A DNA stretch of 60,285 nt, the filler included. It is 7 parts of 7 records of this genome, joined end to end, with 100 filler letters (N's around TTAATTAATTAA, not from the genome) between each part and the next. Parts side by side here need not be neighbours in the genome. Positions count along the whole stretch, not along the records: positions 35,805 to 46,709 come from DRR723986_15939; positions 46,810 to 53,339 come from DRR723986_15940; 5 more parts are not named here. One strand, 5' to 3'. The notes beneath the pieces are model-generated. The model searched no databases. It saw only the letters and a list, made by a program, of their open reading frames with translations, and was not told the origin of the DNA. Below, piece after piece: positions 38,524-48,681 of the stretch; the first letter of the stretch is position 1; each line of letters opens with the position of its first letter. The translations under genes were made by a program, and so were the position numbers.

Positions 38524-39987
38524 ATGGCTGAAGTGCAACGCAACGACGGAACCCGTTCCGGGCTGCCGAAGAGTCAGGTAATTGGTCTGATCCTGGGGGT
38601 GGCGTTCCTCCTGGCAACGCTGGCCCTGCCTGCGCCAGGCTCCATGGGGGCGGAGGCCTGGGCGGCGCTGGGGCTCATGCTGCTGATGGCCACCTGGTGG
38701 TCCACCGAAGCGATACCGATTCCGGCCACAGCCCTTTTACCGATCGTGCTGGTACCCGCGCTTGGGCTTGGCACTATCGGGCAGGCAACGGCGCCCTATG
38801 CCAATCCGATCATCTTCCTGTTTCTCGGTGGGTTTACCCTGGGCCTGGCGATGCAGCGATGGAATCTTCATCGGCGTATTGCCTTGCTGACGCTCAAAGC
38901 CATGGGCGATCAGCCCAAGCGACAGATTGCCGGCTTCATGCTGGCGACGGCTTTTTTGAGCATGTGGGTGAGTAATACCGCAACCGCCATCATGATGTTG
39001 CCCATTGGCTTGTCCGTGGTAGCTATGATGGACAACTCGAACCCGGAGGGTGTTCGGAAGTATGCAACAGCGCTGCTTTTGGCCATCGCCTACTCTGCAA
39101 GCATTGGTGGTATTGCGACTCTGATCGGGACCCCGCCCAATGCTTTGCTGGCGGCCTATCTGAGTGAAAACCAGGGCATCTCGGTGGGCTTTGCCCAGTG
39201 GATGGTGCTGGGGGTGCCGGTCACTCTGGTAATGCTGGTGCTGACCTGGTGGTGGTTGACCCGGAGGGATTTCGGGATTGGTCAGGCATCGGACAGCGGC
39301 CAGATGATTCGGGATGAACTGGCCAAACTCGGAGTCATGAGCCGGGGAGAGCGTTTGGTGGCCGTAGTATTTGTCATCACGGCAACGGCGTGGATTTTCC
39401 GCCCGCTGTTGTCTGCCAGTCTCATGCCCTGGTTGAGTGATACCGGCATCGCGATCGCGGCAGCGATCGCCATGTTCCTTATCCCGGTAGATGCCCGTCA
39501 AGGCACGTTTGTGCTGGATTGGGATTCCGCCAACAAATTGCCCTGGGGAGTACTGTTGCTCTTCGGCGGTGGCCTGGCGATGGCGGGGGTAATCAGCAGC
39601 TCCGGTCTTGCGGAATGGATCGCCGGCAGTCTGGGCGTGGCTGGTGTATTGCCAACCATCGTCATGATGGTGATAGTGGCCTCAGTGATTATTTTCCTGA
39701 CCGAAGTGACCAGCAATACCGCCACTGCCGCCGCCTTCCTGCCATTGCTGGGAGCTCTGGCCATGGCGCAGGACGTCTCTCCGTTGCTACTGACGGTTCC
39801 CGCCGCGATTGCAGCCAGCTGCGCCTTCATGATGCCGGTGGCCACGCCGCCTAACGCGATTGTCTTCTCCAGCGGTCATATGCAGATTTCGGACATGATC
39901 AAAGCGGGTTTTGCCCTGAATCTGATGGGCATTGTGGTCGTCACTCTCATCACTTACGGGTTGCTGGGGCTGGTGTTCTCGCTCTGA
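38524..39987 (+). CDS. DASS/SLC13 sodium-coupled anion symporter
   Basis: SMWVSNTAT, GTPPN, TEVTSNTA, MPVATPPNA. Confidence 0.93.
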   Translation: MAEVQRNDGTRSGLPKSQVIGLILGVAFLLATLALPAPGSMGAEAWAALGLMLLMATWWSTEAIPIPATALLPIVLVPALGLGTIGQATAPYANPIIFLFLGGFTLGLAMQRWNLHRRIALLTLKAMGDQPKRQIAGFMLATAFLSMWVSNTATAIMMLPIGLSVVAMMDNSNPEGVRKYATALLLAIAYSASIGGIATLIGTPPNALLAAYLSENQGISVGFAQWMVLGVPVTLVMLVLTWWWLTRRDFGIGQASDSGQMIRDELAKLGVMSRGERLVAVVFVITATAWIFRPLLSASLMPWLSDTGIAIAAAIAMFLIPVDARQGTFVLDWDSANKLPWGVLLLFGGGLAMAGVISSSGLAEWIAGSLGVAGVLPTIVMMVIVASVIIFLTEVTSNTATAAAFLPLLGALAMAQDVSPLLLTVPAAIAASCAFMMPVATPPNAIVFSSGHMQISDMIKAGFALNLMGIVVVTLITYGLLGLVFSL

Positions 39988-40119
39988 TGCTCCCCGCCAC
40001 TTCATGGCTTTGCCTCCGGTCTTGAACCAGTTCTCATACCGGTTCCCGGAGGCCCCTTCTGCAGCGACAGATTTGAGGCACAGTTATCTTTAAGCCAGTT
40101 GCGATTTCGGTATCGTACG

Positions 40120-40134
40120 GTAACAACATGTAAC
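40120..40134 (+). promoter_or_regulatory. Possible OmpR-family (CpxR-like) direct-repeat box
   Basis: GTAAC-N5-GTAAC about 40 nt upstream of the C39 gene. Confidence 0.3.
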
Positions 40135-40175
40135 CCGATAAGTTGCACGTCTAATAAAAACAGGGACTTTCCAAA

Positions 40176-40976
40176 ATGCTGCTGGTGCTGGCCGGATCCA
40201 TTCTCACGTTCACCATGGTGCAGGAAGCCACCGAGGTCGAGCCATTCGATCGTGGCACGATTGTTCTGGAGCAGAAGGTGGATGCCAGCCCTGTCGAGCT
40301 TCGATGGGACACCCGGGTCGAACCCCTGGTGGAGCAGAAATTCCGCAATATCGTTCGTCAGGCGTACGACTACAGTTGCGGCAGCGCAGCCCTGACCACG
40401 GTGCTCAACTTCTATGTTGGCCGTTCTCTGACCGAACGGCAGGTGATGGAAGGTTTGCTGCACTACGGTGAGAGCGAGCGCATCGTTGAGCGCCGCGCTT
40501 TCTCCATGCTTGATATGAAGCGGCTGGTCACAGCCCTTGGTTATCCCTCTGGCGGTTTCAAGGCAGAAATCGAGGACCTGATGGAGTTGGACCATCCGGC
40601 AATCGTTCCCATTGATCACGCCGGATTCAAGCACTTTGTGGTGCTGAGAACCATCCGGGACGGGCGTGTTTACCTTGCAGACCCGGCGGTTGGCAATATT
40701 TCCTTCACCGTGGCGCAGTTTCAGGAGAAGTGGGACGACAACGTACTGTTCATTGTCTTCCCGGGCAGCGACAAACCCCTGGATAACCTTGAGTTGAAAG
40801 AGGAAGACCTGCGCTTTGTGGATGACCAGACAATGACTCTGCTGGCCATGCAGCAGATTCCAGCGTTCCACGAGTCAACGGAGAGACGCATTCAGAACTT
40901 GCTGGAACGCCAGAAGAATAATCCGGACGGTAGCGTGGAAAATACCCGCAAACAGCTCCATTACCGTCGTCATTAA
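40176..40976 (+). CDS. Stand-alone C39-family peptidase (FilB/FapD-like)
   Basis: RQAYDYSCGSAAL, FSMLDMKR, KHFVV, LADPAVGN; no ABC domain. Confidence 0.85.
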   Translation: MLLVLAGSILTFTMVQEATEVEPFDRGTIVLEQKVDASPVELRWDTRVEPLVEQKFRNIVRQAYDYSCGSAALTTVLNFYVGRSLTERQVMEGLLHYGESERIVERRAFSMLDMKRLVTALGYPSGGFKAEIEDLMELDHPAIVPIDHAGFKHFVVLRTIRDGRVYLADPAVGNISFTVAQFQEKWDDNVLFIVFPGSDKPLDNLELKEEDLRFVDDQTMTLLAMQQIPAFHESTERRIQNLLERQKNNPDGSVENTRKQLHYRRH

Positions 40977-41031
40977 TTTTCCCGGTTGTTTGATCGGGCA
41001 GGAATAAAACAAATAAAAGTAGGGAGTCAGG

Positions 41032-42042
41032 ATGAATCGTTGGTTTGTGCGAGGTTTTATCCTTGTTTCCGCGGCTGGGCTGCTTCCGGGCATGGCCATG
41101 GCTCAGGAAGGGAATGTGGATCAGGCGCGGGAGGCACTGGCGCGTCAGGAAGGGGATGAGGATTCTACCAAACAGCTGGAGGAAGTGTTCCAGGCTGCCG
41201 AAAAGAACTACTCACTGCAGAAGAAGGGCACCCACTCCCTGAACTATTCGTTCGATTATTCCTATACCGGCGACCAACGGCTGGATCTGGCGATATCGAA
41301 CGGCTCGGTGCGTAATCTGGACGTTGTTCCATCGGCCACCCATAACTTCACAAATGCCTTTTCCTACGATTACGGGTTACTGGATAACCTGACGATCGGC
41401 ACCCGTGTTCCACTGGTGGTGAAGTACGACACCCAGGACGAGCTGAACGTTTACGACTTCGGCGACATCTCCTTCACCGGACGTTGGCAGCCGTTTGCCT
41501 ATGTGCCTGGCAAGATGTCGACCACCTTCTTTGGCACCCTGAACAGTAAAACCGGCGTCAGTCCCTACGAAATTGACATCAACGAGCAGTTGTCCACCGG
41601 CAGTGGCTATTACTCCGTGGGCGGTGGCCTGAGTATGTCGAAGGTACTGGATCCGGTGGTGGTCTTTGGCTCGGTCAGCGCAACCTACAACCTCACGGTC
41701 GACGGTCTGGAACAGGTTCGGGGCGCCCGGCTGCTACAGGAGGTGGAACCAGGGTTCGGCTTGTCCGGTTCTCTGGGTTTTGCCTACTCCCTTTCCTATG
41801 ACATCTCTCTCAGTGTGTCTGGCCAGCTCAGCTACAGCGACGAGACGGTGCTGACCTTCTCCAACGGTGACCAGGCCGTGGCCCAAGACCAGATGACTGG
41901 CTTCCTCAGTATGTCGCTGGGCACCCGTCTCAGCGATATGACCATTGTGAATACCAGCCTCGGGATCGGTTTGACGGAGGACGCGCCGGACTTCTCCCTG
42001 GGTGTATCCCTGCCCATCAATTTCTCTGGCCTCAAAGAGTGA
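41032..42042 (+). CDS. Outer-membrane beta-barrel transporter (FilC/FapF-like)
   Basis: Signal peptide; N-terminal helix; FGDISF, STGSGYYS, LDPVVVFG; IGLTEDAPDFSLGVSLPINF terminal strand. Confidence 0.75.
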   Translation: MNRWFVRGFILVSAAGLLPGMAMAQEGNVDQAREALARQEGDEDSTKQLEEVFQAAEKNYSLQKKGTHSLNYSFDYSYTGDQRLDLAISNGSVRNLDVVPSATHNFTNAFSYDYGLLDNLTIGTRVPLVVKYDTQDELNVYDFGDISFTGRWQPFAYVPGKMSTTFFGTLNSKTGVSPYEIDINEQLSTGSGYYSVGGGLSMSKVLDPVVVFGSVSATYNLTVDGLEQVRGARLLQEVEPGFGLSGSLGFAYSLSYDISLSVSGQLSYSDETVLTFSNGDQAVAQDQMTGFLSMSLGTRLSDMTIVNTSLGIGLTEDAPDFSLGVSLPINFSGLKE

Positions 42043-42081
42043 TTGAAATCGAGGACGTTTCAAGGGAAGGGGAAGGATTTC

Positions 42082-43707
42082 ATGGGACAAGCTAGTCACA
42101 AGCGACATCTTCTGGCCGCCGCCATGGTCGCAGGCGTATCCTGCGGGGCCCAGGCACAGATGACGCAGAACCTGACGATACACCCGAAGGCGCTGGCACT
42201 GGGTAACGCCGTTACAGCAGATCCCCCGGGACTGATGGCCATTCACTACAATCCAGCGGGCCTGACCAAACTCGACGGGCGCCAGCTTGAGGTGAACCTC
42301 CTCAGCATCTATCTGGATATTGACGCTGACTTCTACGCAGATGAAGACTACGAGATATTCGGAATCAGCGGGCTCGAAACTGACCCTTTAACCGGAAAGC
42401 AACGCGACCCGATTGCGAACAGCAGTAGTCATACCAACAACGTAGCTCTCTATGTGCCGGGTTACGGCATTCTTCGTATGCCCCCTGGCCCTGCCGTTGC
42501 ACCATCAGCGGGTATCAGTATCAAGCCGCCGGGTTCGAAGCTGACGTTCGCCAACGCTTTTTATCTGCCGATGGCGGCGGGCTTCTACCGGGATAAAAAC
42601 GACCCCGGTCGCTACCAGCCCCAGGCGGCCACCCTCCAGCGGACCACCTACCTGTCTCCCACCGTCGGGTATGAGATCAATGATGAATGGTCTGTGGGCG
42701 CGGGCATTCATCTCTCGCATTTCGGCTTCGCAGCGGACCAGTACATGCGGGCGCCAAACCTGCTGATGGGGGTGGCAGAGGTTCTGCAGGATGCCTTTAA
42801 CTGTGAAAGCGGTGACGAGCCCCTGCAGCCCTGGCTTGCGTTGTGCGGCGGTAATGTCGGCCCCTGGGACGATATCGGGGCCATGAGCCTGAATCTGCAG
42901 GAAACCATCTCACCCACCTACGCCCTGGGCGTTATGTGGGAGCCGACGGACTGGTTCCGCTGGGGGGCCAGTTATACCTCAGAAGCCGACATGAACCTCA
43001 AGGGGCAGTTCGAGATACAGTACACCGATGACTGGTCCGGATTCTGGCAGAGTGTGAATGGCTCTATTCTGGGCGCCATATCATCGGCCATTCTGAGCCT
43101 GCCCTCAGGTGCACCGCGGGAGGCGGGCAATGTCAGCATGGATCTGGTTTACCCACAACATTTTCAGACCGGTATCAGCGTGGATGTTCATCCCAAGCTG
43201 ACCGTGAACGCGGATGTGGGCTGGACGGATTTTGCCCAGTGGGATGCCTTCAATTTCCAGTTTGATCGTAACCTCGAGTTCCTGAACGCGGCACGCATTC
43301 TGTCGCCGGACAATGCCACCTCGGATACCCTGCGCTTGCCGTTGGGTTTCAAGAGCCAGTGGAACTGGGCTTTTGGTGTTGAGTTCCATGCATCATCTCG
43401 TCTGGATCTGCGGGCTGGGGTGGAAATCCGGGACTCGGTTATTCCGGACGACCAGCGCTCGATTATGGCGCCATTCGGGGGCGCGAACCTTTACAGTATT
43501 GGCATGGGGTACAAGTGGGACAAGGACACGGAAATTGATATGAATCTGTCGTATCTGCAATCGATTGAGACCATTCCGGCCGACACCAGTTGCAACGTGA
43601 ACTGCGACAACATCACCAACATCATCTATAACCCCTATGCCGACCTCACCATCAAGACTTCCCTGCGGGTGGTGATGGCAGGCTTGAGCTTCCGAACCAA
43701 ATTCTGA
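42082..43707 (+). CDS. FadL/OmpP1-family outer membrane protein (FilD/AupA-like)
   Basis: ALALGNAVTA...IHYNPAGL hatch motif; C-terminal Phe. Confidence 0.85.
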   Translation: MGQASHKRHLLAAAMVAGVSCGAQAQMTQNLTIHPKALALGNAVTADPPGLMAIHYNPAGLTKLDGRQLEVNLLSIYLDIDADFYADEDYEIFGISGLETDPLTGKQRDPIANSSSHTNNVALYVPGYGILRMPPGPAVAPSAGISIKPPGSKLTFANAFYLPMAAGFYRDKNDPGRYQPQAATLQRTTYLSPTVGYEINDEWSVGAGIHLSHFGFAADQYMRAPNLLMGVAEVLQDAFNCESGDEPLQPWLALCGGNVGPWDDIGAMSLNLQETISPTYALGVMWEPTDWFRWGASYTSEADMNLKGQFEIQYTDDWSGFWQSVNGSILGAISSAILSLPSGAPREAGNVSMDLVYPQHFQTGISVDVHPKLTVNADVGWTDFAQWDAFNFQFDRNLEFLNAARILSPDNATSDTLRLPLGFKSQWNWAFGVEFHASSRLDLRAGVEIRDSVIPDDQRSIMAPFGGANLYSIGMGYKWDKDTEIDMNLSYLQSIETIPADTSCNVNCDNITNIIYNPYADLTIKTSLRVVMAGLSFRTKF

Positions 43708-43723
43708 TCCTGACAGGGGGGCT

Positions 43724-44800
43724 GTGATGGGACTTGGTCGATACAGCGGACTGGCGGTCTGTGTGTTTGCGCTCGCGTTGCTGGCAGGTTGCCAGACCGG
43801 AAGCAGCGGCGTTGCCGAGCGGGAAGGCTACTTTTCCTGGGTGGATGAGCAGGGCAGGGTGCGTTATTCCCGGATTCCCGACGCCCAGCGCGAAGACGTT
43901 ACCCCAGGTGAGCCGGATGCCAAGTCCGTCGCCATCTCAGGCGAAGCCACCGGGTCTGAGGCTTATCGGCCGACCTCTGGCAGCGACCGCGGCGCCGCCG
44001 CAAAGCTGGAAGAAAACCTCGAATACACCACCGAGAATTATCCGGATGGTGAGGAGCTGGCGAAAAAAGGGTTTATCCGGCCTGGCCAGCGGCAACCCTA
44101 TTTCACATGGCGTGATGCCGACGGCATTGTCCGTGTCAGCTATTACACCCCGGATATGCGAACCGAAGAGCAGAAACAGGCGGATCAGGCGCCGGTAATG
44201 CTCAGCGATGCCAGCGTATACCTGCCGGTTACTGTAGATGACCATACGCCGGTTGAGGGCCATGATCCCGACGCCTTTGCCATACTGGGGATTGAGGAAA
44301 CGGATTCGTTTTTCCCGGTATTTGCCGAAAGCTGTTGCCAGACCCTGCCAGCCCGGGATTTCCTGCAGTGGCAGGAAGGCCGTGAGTTTGGTGTTGATTT
44401 TGAGGAAGACACGCCCCGCCACCGTTTCAGTACGGGTGATTCGCCCTATCGGCTGATTGCCCTGCCATCCAGTACCTTTGTCCCCGGGTTTGTGATGCGG
44501 CTGCGTTCCTACGCCCACAATGGCGTGCTGGTACCAAGCCTGGCATTTCTCGACAAGGACTTTCAGCCCGTGCGGATTGTGACGGACCTGGTTATGAACT
44601 ACGAACCGGAAAACTGGCGCCGTCGCGGGTATCTGGAAAGCTGGGTGCCGGCGTTTCCCGGCCAGGGCGAGCGCTGGCTGGTGGTATTCACCCGCCCGGA
44701 AGACCTGGCTGGGCAAACGGTGACGGAAGCGGGCGACACGCCCAAAGCGATTCCACACGTTGAAACCGGAGAAATTGGCATCACGACATTTGAGGAGTGA
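43724..44800 (+). CDS. Lipoprotein with MalM-like C-terminal domain (FilE-like)
   Basis: Lipobox LLAGC; two WxDxxG repeats; LRSY...VPSLAFLDKDFQPVR. Confidence 0.65.
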   Translation: MMGLGRYSGLAVCVFALALLAGCQTGSSGVAEREGYFSWVDEQGRVRYSRIPDAQREDVTPGEPDAKSVAISGEATGSEAYRPTSGSDRGAAAKLEENLEYTTENYPDGEELAKKGFIRPGQRQPYFTWRDADGIVRVSYYTPDMRTEEQKQADQAPVMLSDASVYLPVTVDDHTPVEGHDPDAFAILGIEETDSFFPVFAESCCQTLPARDFLQWQEGREFGVDFEEDTPRHRFSTGDSPYRLIALPSSTFVPGFVMRLRSYAHNGVLVPSLAFLDKDFQPVRIVTDLVMNYEPENWRRRGYLESWVPAFPGQGERWLVVFTRPEDLAGQTVTEAGDTPKAIPHVETGEIGITTFEE

Positions 44801-44809
44801 TGGCGACCA

Positions 44810-45862
44810 TCAGTCTTCCGGTGCGTCCAGATTCAACCACTGCTGGGACAGCCAGTAGAAGCTGCCGTTACCCGCCGGATGGGTACAGTTGTATCGGAAC
44901 CGACGGCTGTTGATGGCTTTGGGTGCCTGCACCTCTATGCTATCTCCCACCACTTCAAAATTGATTCGACCGAGTCCGGACGCGAAACAGGTAAGCCGGG
45001 AGGGGCTGATGGCATCGGTGGGCGTAAACCTCAAACGCGGCGGATTCTGCTCGAACACCCCGTTGGGCAGGTCTTTGGCCGGTACCGGAAAAGCCTTGCT
45101 CATCAGTTTGTCTTTCAGACTGCCCAATTGGCCGTAGGCATTGGCCATGGGGAAACGGGGCAGACGGGTTTTACCTGAGTATTGTCCGATAGCTCCCGAT
45201 TGTTGCCCGTATCCAAGCCAGCCTCTCTCGCTGAGCTTCTGTTCTAGGGCTTGATCGAATTCGCCGTAGGGATAGGCGAACAGAGGTTCCTCCACGCCAA
45301 GACGGTTCTTCAGCTCTTGCTGAGCCTCGTCCAGGCTGCTGGTAATCCGGTTTTCCCATGCCTCTTCGGGTTCACCCCGTCTGCGTGCCAGGTGAGCGTG
45401 ATCCGTACTGTGATTGGCGATGGTTGCCAGCTCGTTGTCTGCCATTGTGCGGAGTTGCTTCCAGGTCATGTAACCCTTGGCGCCCACTGCGTCAGTATTG
45501 ACGAAGACAGTGTATGGATGCCCGAGCCTGTCCAGTAATGGCGCAGCAAAGGTATGGACGGATTCATAGGCATCATCGAAAGTAATGGCCACTTCATTGG
45601 TGTCAGGGTGTTCGCCGGCCAGTGCCGCCCTGGTGCCGGCTTCCAGCGGCACCACGTCAAGGTCAAGATCCCGGATCATGTTCATTTGCGCCTCAAACAA
45701 TGATCGGGACGTGCTGGTCGCCGGAGGTGTACTGTCATCCACGTGGTGATACTGCAGAACCACCAGGTCGGCCTGAGTCTGTGTTCCGGCCAGCAACAGG
45801 GCACTGATCAGGGGATACGCAATCAGTTTGTTTATTCGAAGCATGGTCTTGTTTCCTGACAC
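44810..45862 (-). CDS. Polysaccharide deacetylase (CE4) family protein
   Basis: LQYHHV, AITFDDAY, NHSTDH, FAYPYGE, LPRFP. Confidence 0.9.
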   Translation of the reverse strand: MSGNKTMLRINKLIAYPLISALLLAGTQTQADLVVLQYHHVDDSTPPATSTSRSLFEAQMNMIRDLDLDVVPLEAGTRAALAGEHPDTNEVAITFDDAYESVHTFAAPLLDRLGHPYTVFVNTDAVGAKGYMTWKQLRTMADNELATIANHSTDHAHLARRRGEPEEAWENRITSSLDEAQQELKNRLGVEEPLFAYPYGEFDQALEQKLSERGWLGYGQQSGAIGQYSGKTRLPRFPMANAYGQLGSLKDKLMSKAFPVPAKDLPNGVFEQNPPRLRFTPTDAISPSRLTCFASGLGRINFEVVGDSIEVQAPKAINSRRFRYNCTHPAGNGSFYWLSQQWLNLDAPED

Positions 45863-45882
45863 ACGGGATCTCGTAGGATGAT

Positions 45883-46560
45883 TTAGGCGTAATGGGCTTT
45901 CAGAACCGAGAAGGCCTGATTCAGTTGTTGGATTTCTCCGGTATCACCGCCCCGGTCCGGGTGCGCACGCATCACGAGTTTTCGGAAGCGCTTCTTGACG
46001 GTAGCGAACTGCCCCGGTAGTTCATCGAAACCCAGCGTCCTGGCCGCCTCGGCGGCTTCCGAGTGCTCGGGCCGGGACAGGGTGTTGCCGGCCCAGAAGT
46101 TGTCCATCATTTCCTGAATGGCGGCTTCGGAGAGAAAGTACTGTGACAGATCCAGATAGAACTCACGCAGGGCGTCGGTAGAATCCGGCAGTGCCGTTGA
46201 TTCGGTGCGCGTCACCATTTGTCCGATACTGAGCCGAAGCGGAGAGATATTCAGGCTCTCGCCCTCCAGGGCAATCTGATCGCGCAGACGGTAGAGTACG
46301 TGGAACAGCAGGAAGTGCACCGGGTACAGTCGATCGGGCTCGTGAAAGTCGACGGTGCCAATCAGGCTCCAGCGCTCGCCCTGCAAGGCCCGAATTAGCT
46401 CCAGCTCGGATAGCCCGGCCGGGCCTGCGGCCCGCAGCTCGTGCTCCACGGCAACCAACAGGTGCTGCACCTGTTGCTGTAGCCAGCTGCGCTCTTCACC
46501 ACGGGCTTCGGGTGAGTCATCGAGTATCTGGTTATCTGCGGAGATGGTCATGGCCATCAT
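45883..46560 (-). CDS. DnaJ-related protein with C-terminal J-domain
   Basis: HFLLFHVLYRL N-domain; HPDRGG J-domain. Confidence 0.85.
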   Translation of the reverse strand: MMAMTISADNQILDDSPEARGEERSWLQQQVQHLLVAVEHELRAAGPAGLSELELIRALQGERWSLIGTVDFHEPDRLYPVHFLLFHVLYRLRDQIALEGESLNISPLRLSIGQMVTRTESTALPDSTDALREFYLDLSQYFLSEAAIQEMMDNFWAGNTLSRPEHSEAAEAARTLGFDELPGQFATVKKRFRKLVMRAHPDRGGDTGEIQQLNQAFSVLKAHYA

Positions 46561-46570
46561 GGTATGCCAG

Positions 46571-46709
46571 TCAGCCTTCGCTTGAAAGCCTGGTCAGGGC
46601 CGGGAAGCCGCCCAGAAACAGCTGGGCGGAAAACTCAGCCGCTGTTCTGGCTTCGTCCTGGGCGAGTTCCGGCTTCTGGTGAGCCCGCCTGGCCACCAGC
46701 ATGCTGGTG
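46571..46709 (-). CDS. 3' end of an unidentified gene (possibly a TetR-type C-terminus)
   Basis: Open minus-strand frame ...AAEFSAQLFLGGFPALTRLSSEG* from the contig end to TGA at 46571. Confidence 0.4.
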
Positions 46710-46809
46710 NNNNNNNNNNNNNNNNNNNNNNNNNNNNNNNNNNNNNNNNNNNNTTAATTAATTAANNNNNNNNNNNNNNNNNNNNNNNNNNNNNNNNNNN
46801 NNNNNNNNN
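46710..46809. other. Artificial contig spacer
   Basis: N-run with TTAATTAATTAA. Confidence 0.99.
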
Positions 46810-47994
46810 ATCTTCTTCTGGGTTGCCCGGATGATGATGCAGGGCATTCATTTCATGGACGAAGTGCCGTTCCACACGGTTTACTTCAACTCGATCGTTG
46901 TTGACGGCAAGGGCAAGAAAATGTCCAAGTCGACCGGAAACGTGATCGATCCTCTCGATCTGATCGGCCGTTTCGGCGCCGATGCCACCCGGTTTGCGCT
47001 TGCGAGCCAGGAGGTTCAGGTCCGCAGAATGCTTCGGATGTCCGACCAGGCAGCCGAAGGCGGTCAGCGCTTTGCCACCAAACTCTGGAACGCTGCCCGG
47101 TTCGCCGAAATGAACGGCTGTGCCCGGATGGAAGGGTTCGACCCGGCAGCAACCAAGCACACGCTCAACCGTTGGATCGCAACGGAAGCAAGCCGCTGTA
47201 TCGCCGAGGTGACCACGGCACTCGAGGACTTCCGGTTCAACGATGCGTCCGGTGCAGCCTATCGGTTCACCTGGAACACGTTCTGCGACTGGTATCTGGA
47301 ACTCGCAAAGCCGATCTTCAACGGTGATGATGAAGCTGCCAAGGCTGAAACCCGGGCAACGGCAGCATGGGCGTTGGACGAAATCCTGAAGGTCCTGCAT
47401 CCGATCATGCCGTTCCTGACGGAAGAACTGTGGGAGCGTCTCGGAGACGAAGGCAACGCGCATGATGGCTTGCTGATGCTGACTGCCTGGCCGGAGCCCA
47501 AGGTTTCCGATGAGGCTGCGGCTGGTGAGATCAACTGGCTTGTCGATCTGATTTCCGAAATCAGATCGGTTCGCGCGGAAATGAACATTCCGGCAGGTGC
47601 GAAGGTCTCGGTGGTCGTCGCAGGGGCCAGTGAACAGACCAAGGCCCGGCTCAAGACCCACGAGTCTGCCATTCTTCGTCTGGCAAGGGCAGAGACCGTT
47701 TCCCTGGCTGATGCAGCTCCCTCCGGAGCGGCCCAGATTATTGTTGGCGAAGCGACGGTCTGTCTGCCACTCGCCGGGGTCATCGACCTTGGTGCGGAAA
47801 AGACCCGACTTCAGAAGGAAGCCGGCAAGCTGGAAGGTGAGATCTCGAAGATCGAGAAGAAGCTTTCCAACCCGGCATTCGTTGCCAAGGCCCCCGAAGA
47901 GGTTGTTGACGGCGAACGCGAAAAAGTTGCCGAATCCAAGGAAAAGCTGGAGAAGGTCCAGACGGCGCTCGGTCGTCTGGCGGAAATCGGCTAG
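46810..47994 (+). CDS. valS: Valyl-tRNA synthetase (5'-truncated)
   Basis: IFFWVARM, KMSKS, FCDWYLE, C-terminal coiled coil (FVAKAPEEVV). Confidence 0.96.
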   Translation: MFFWVARMMMQGIHFMDEVPFHTVYFNSIVVDGKGKKMSKSTGNVIDPLDLIGRFGADATRFALASQEVQVRRMLRMSDQAAEGGQRFATKLWNAARFAEMNGCARMEGFDPAATKHTLNRWIATEASRCIAEVTTALEDFRFNDASGAAYRFTWNTFCDWYLELAKPIFNGDDEAAKAETRATAAWALDEILKVLHPIMPFLTEELWERLGDEGNAHDGLLMLTAWPEPKVSDEAAAGEINWLVDLISEIRSVRAEMNIPAGAKVSVVVAGASEQTKARLKTHESAILRLARAETVSLADAAPSGAAQIIVGEATVCLPLAGVIDLGAEKTRLQKEAGKLEGEISKIEKKLSNPAFVAKAPEEVVDGEREKVAESKEKLEKVQTALGRLAEIG

Positions 47995-48096
47995 ATCATT
48001 TCTCGGCCCGGAACGAGCTTTGTCTTTTCCGGGCCGCAATTCGGTGCTAGCGCCGCATAAAAGAACACACGTATGCTTAGCACCTGAGGAATCGAA

Positions 48097-48654
48097 TTGA
48101 AGCTGATGGCGGACCAGTTTGACACGATGAAAGCGGTAAAGCGCCTGGGCGCAGGCCTTGGAATCGCGGCGATGGCGATGGTCATGCCCCTGGTTTCTGC
48201 ACACGCTCAAAAGATCGAAAACCCGGTCGCCGTCTTTTCGGGCCTCGACAAGATCACCGGACGTATCATCTCCTTCGATGTTTACATTGGTGAAACCGTC
48301 CAGTTCGGTGCGCTGCAGGTCACGCCAAGGGTCTGTCACACGCGCCCTCAGACAGAATCGCCTCTCACGACCGGTTTTGTCCAGGTCGATGAAATCACGC
48401 TCAACAACGAAGTTCGGCGGATCTATTCCGGCTGGATGTTTGCAGCCAGCCCGGGCCTCCACGCGGTTGAGCACCCCGTGTACGATATCTGGCTGACCGA
48501 TTGTAAACTTGCCTCAAGCGTTCCGCCGCCAGAAGATTATGCCGGTCCTCCGATTAAAGGCACCGTTGCTGAGGGCGAAGACCCGTTGGCTGGACCTGAC
48601 GACGGTCTGGATACTGGTCCGGGCGTACCGCGTCCGAAACCCTTCCAGGGGTAG
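48097..48654 (+). CDS. DUF2155-family exported protein
   Basis: GLDKITGR...SGWMFAASPGLHAVEHPVYDIWLTDC; start uncertain (48097, 48106 or 48127). Confidence 0.8.
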   Translation: MKLMADQFDTMKAVKRLGAGLGIAAMAMVMPLVSAHAQKIENPVAVFSGLDKITGRIISFDVYIGETVQFGALQVTPRVCHTRPQTESPLTTGFVQVDEITLNNEVRRIYSGWMFAASPGLHAVEHPVYDIWLTDCKLASSVPPPEDYAGPPIKGTVAEGEDPLAGPDDGLDTGPGVPRPKPFQG

Positions 48655-48681
48655 GCAGAAGTCGGAAAGCGGCTTTGGGTC

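Noticed and set aside
40176..40976. Bacteriocin/RiPP processing peptidase
   Set aside because: No ABC transporter domain, double-glycine precursor or modification enzyme nearby; context fits FilB/FapD instead.
46762..48474. 570-aa minus-strand ORF and other long antisense ORFs (e.g. 890-1927, 59022-60023)
   Set aside because: Shadow frames opposite well-supported genes (valS, soxD, tig), with no recognisable motifs.
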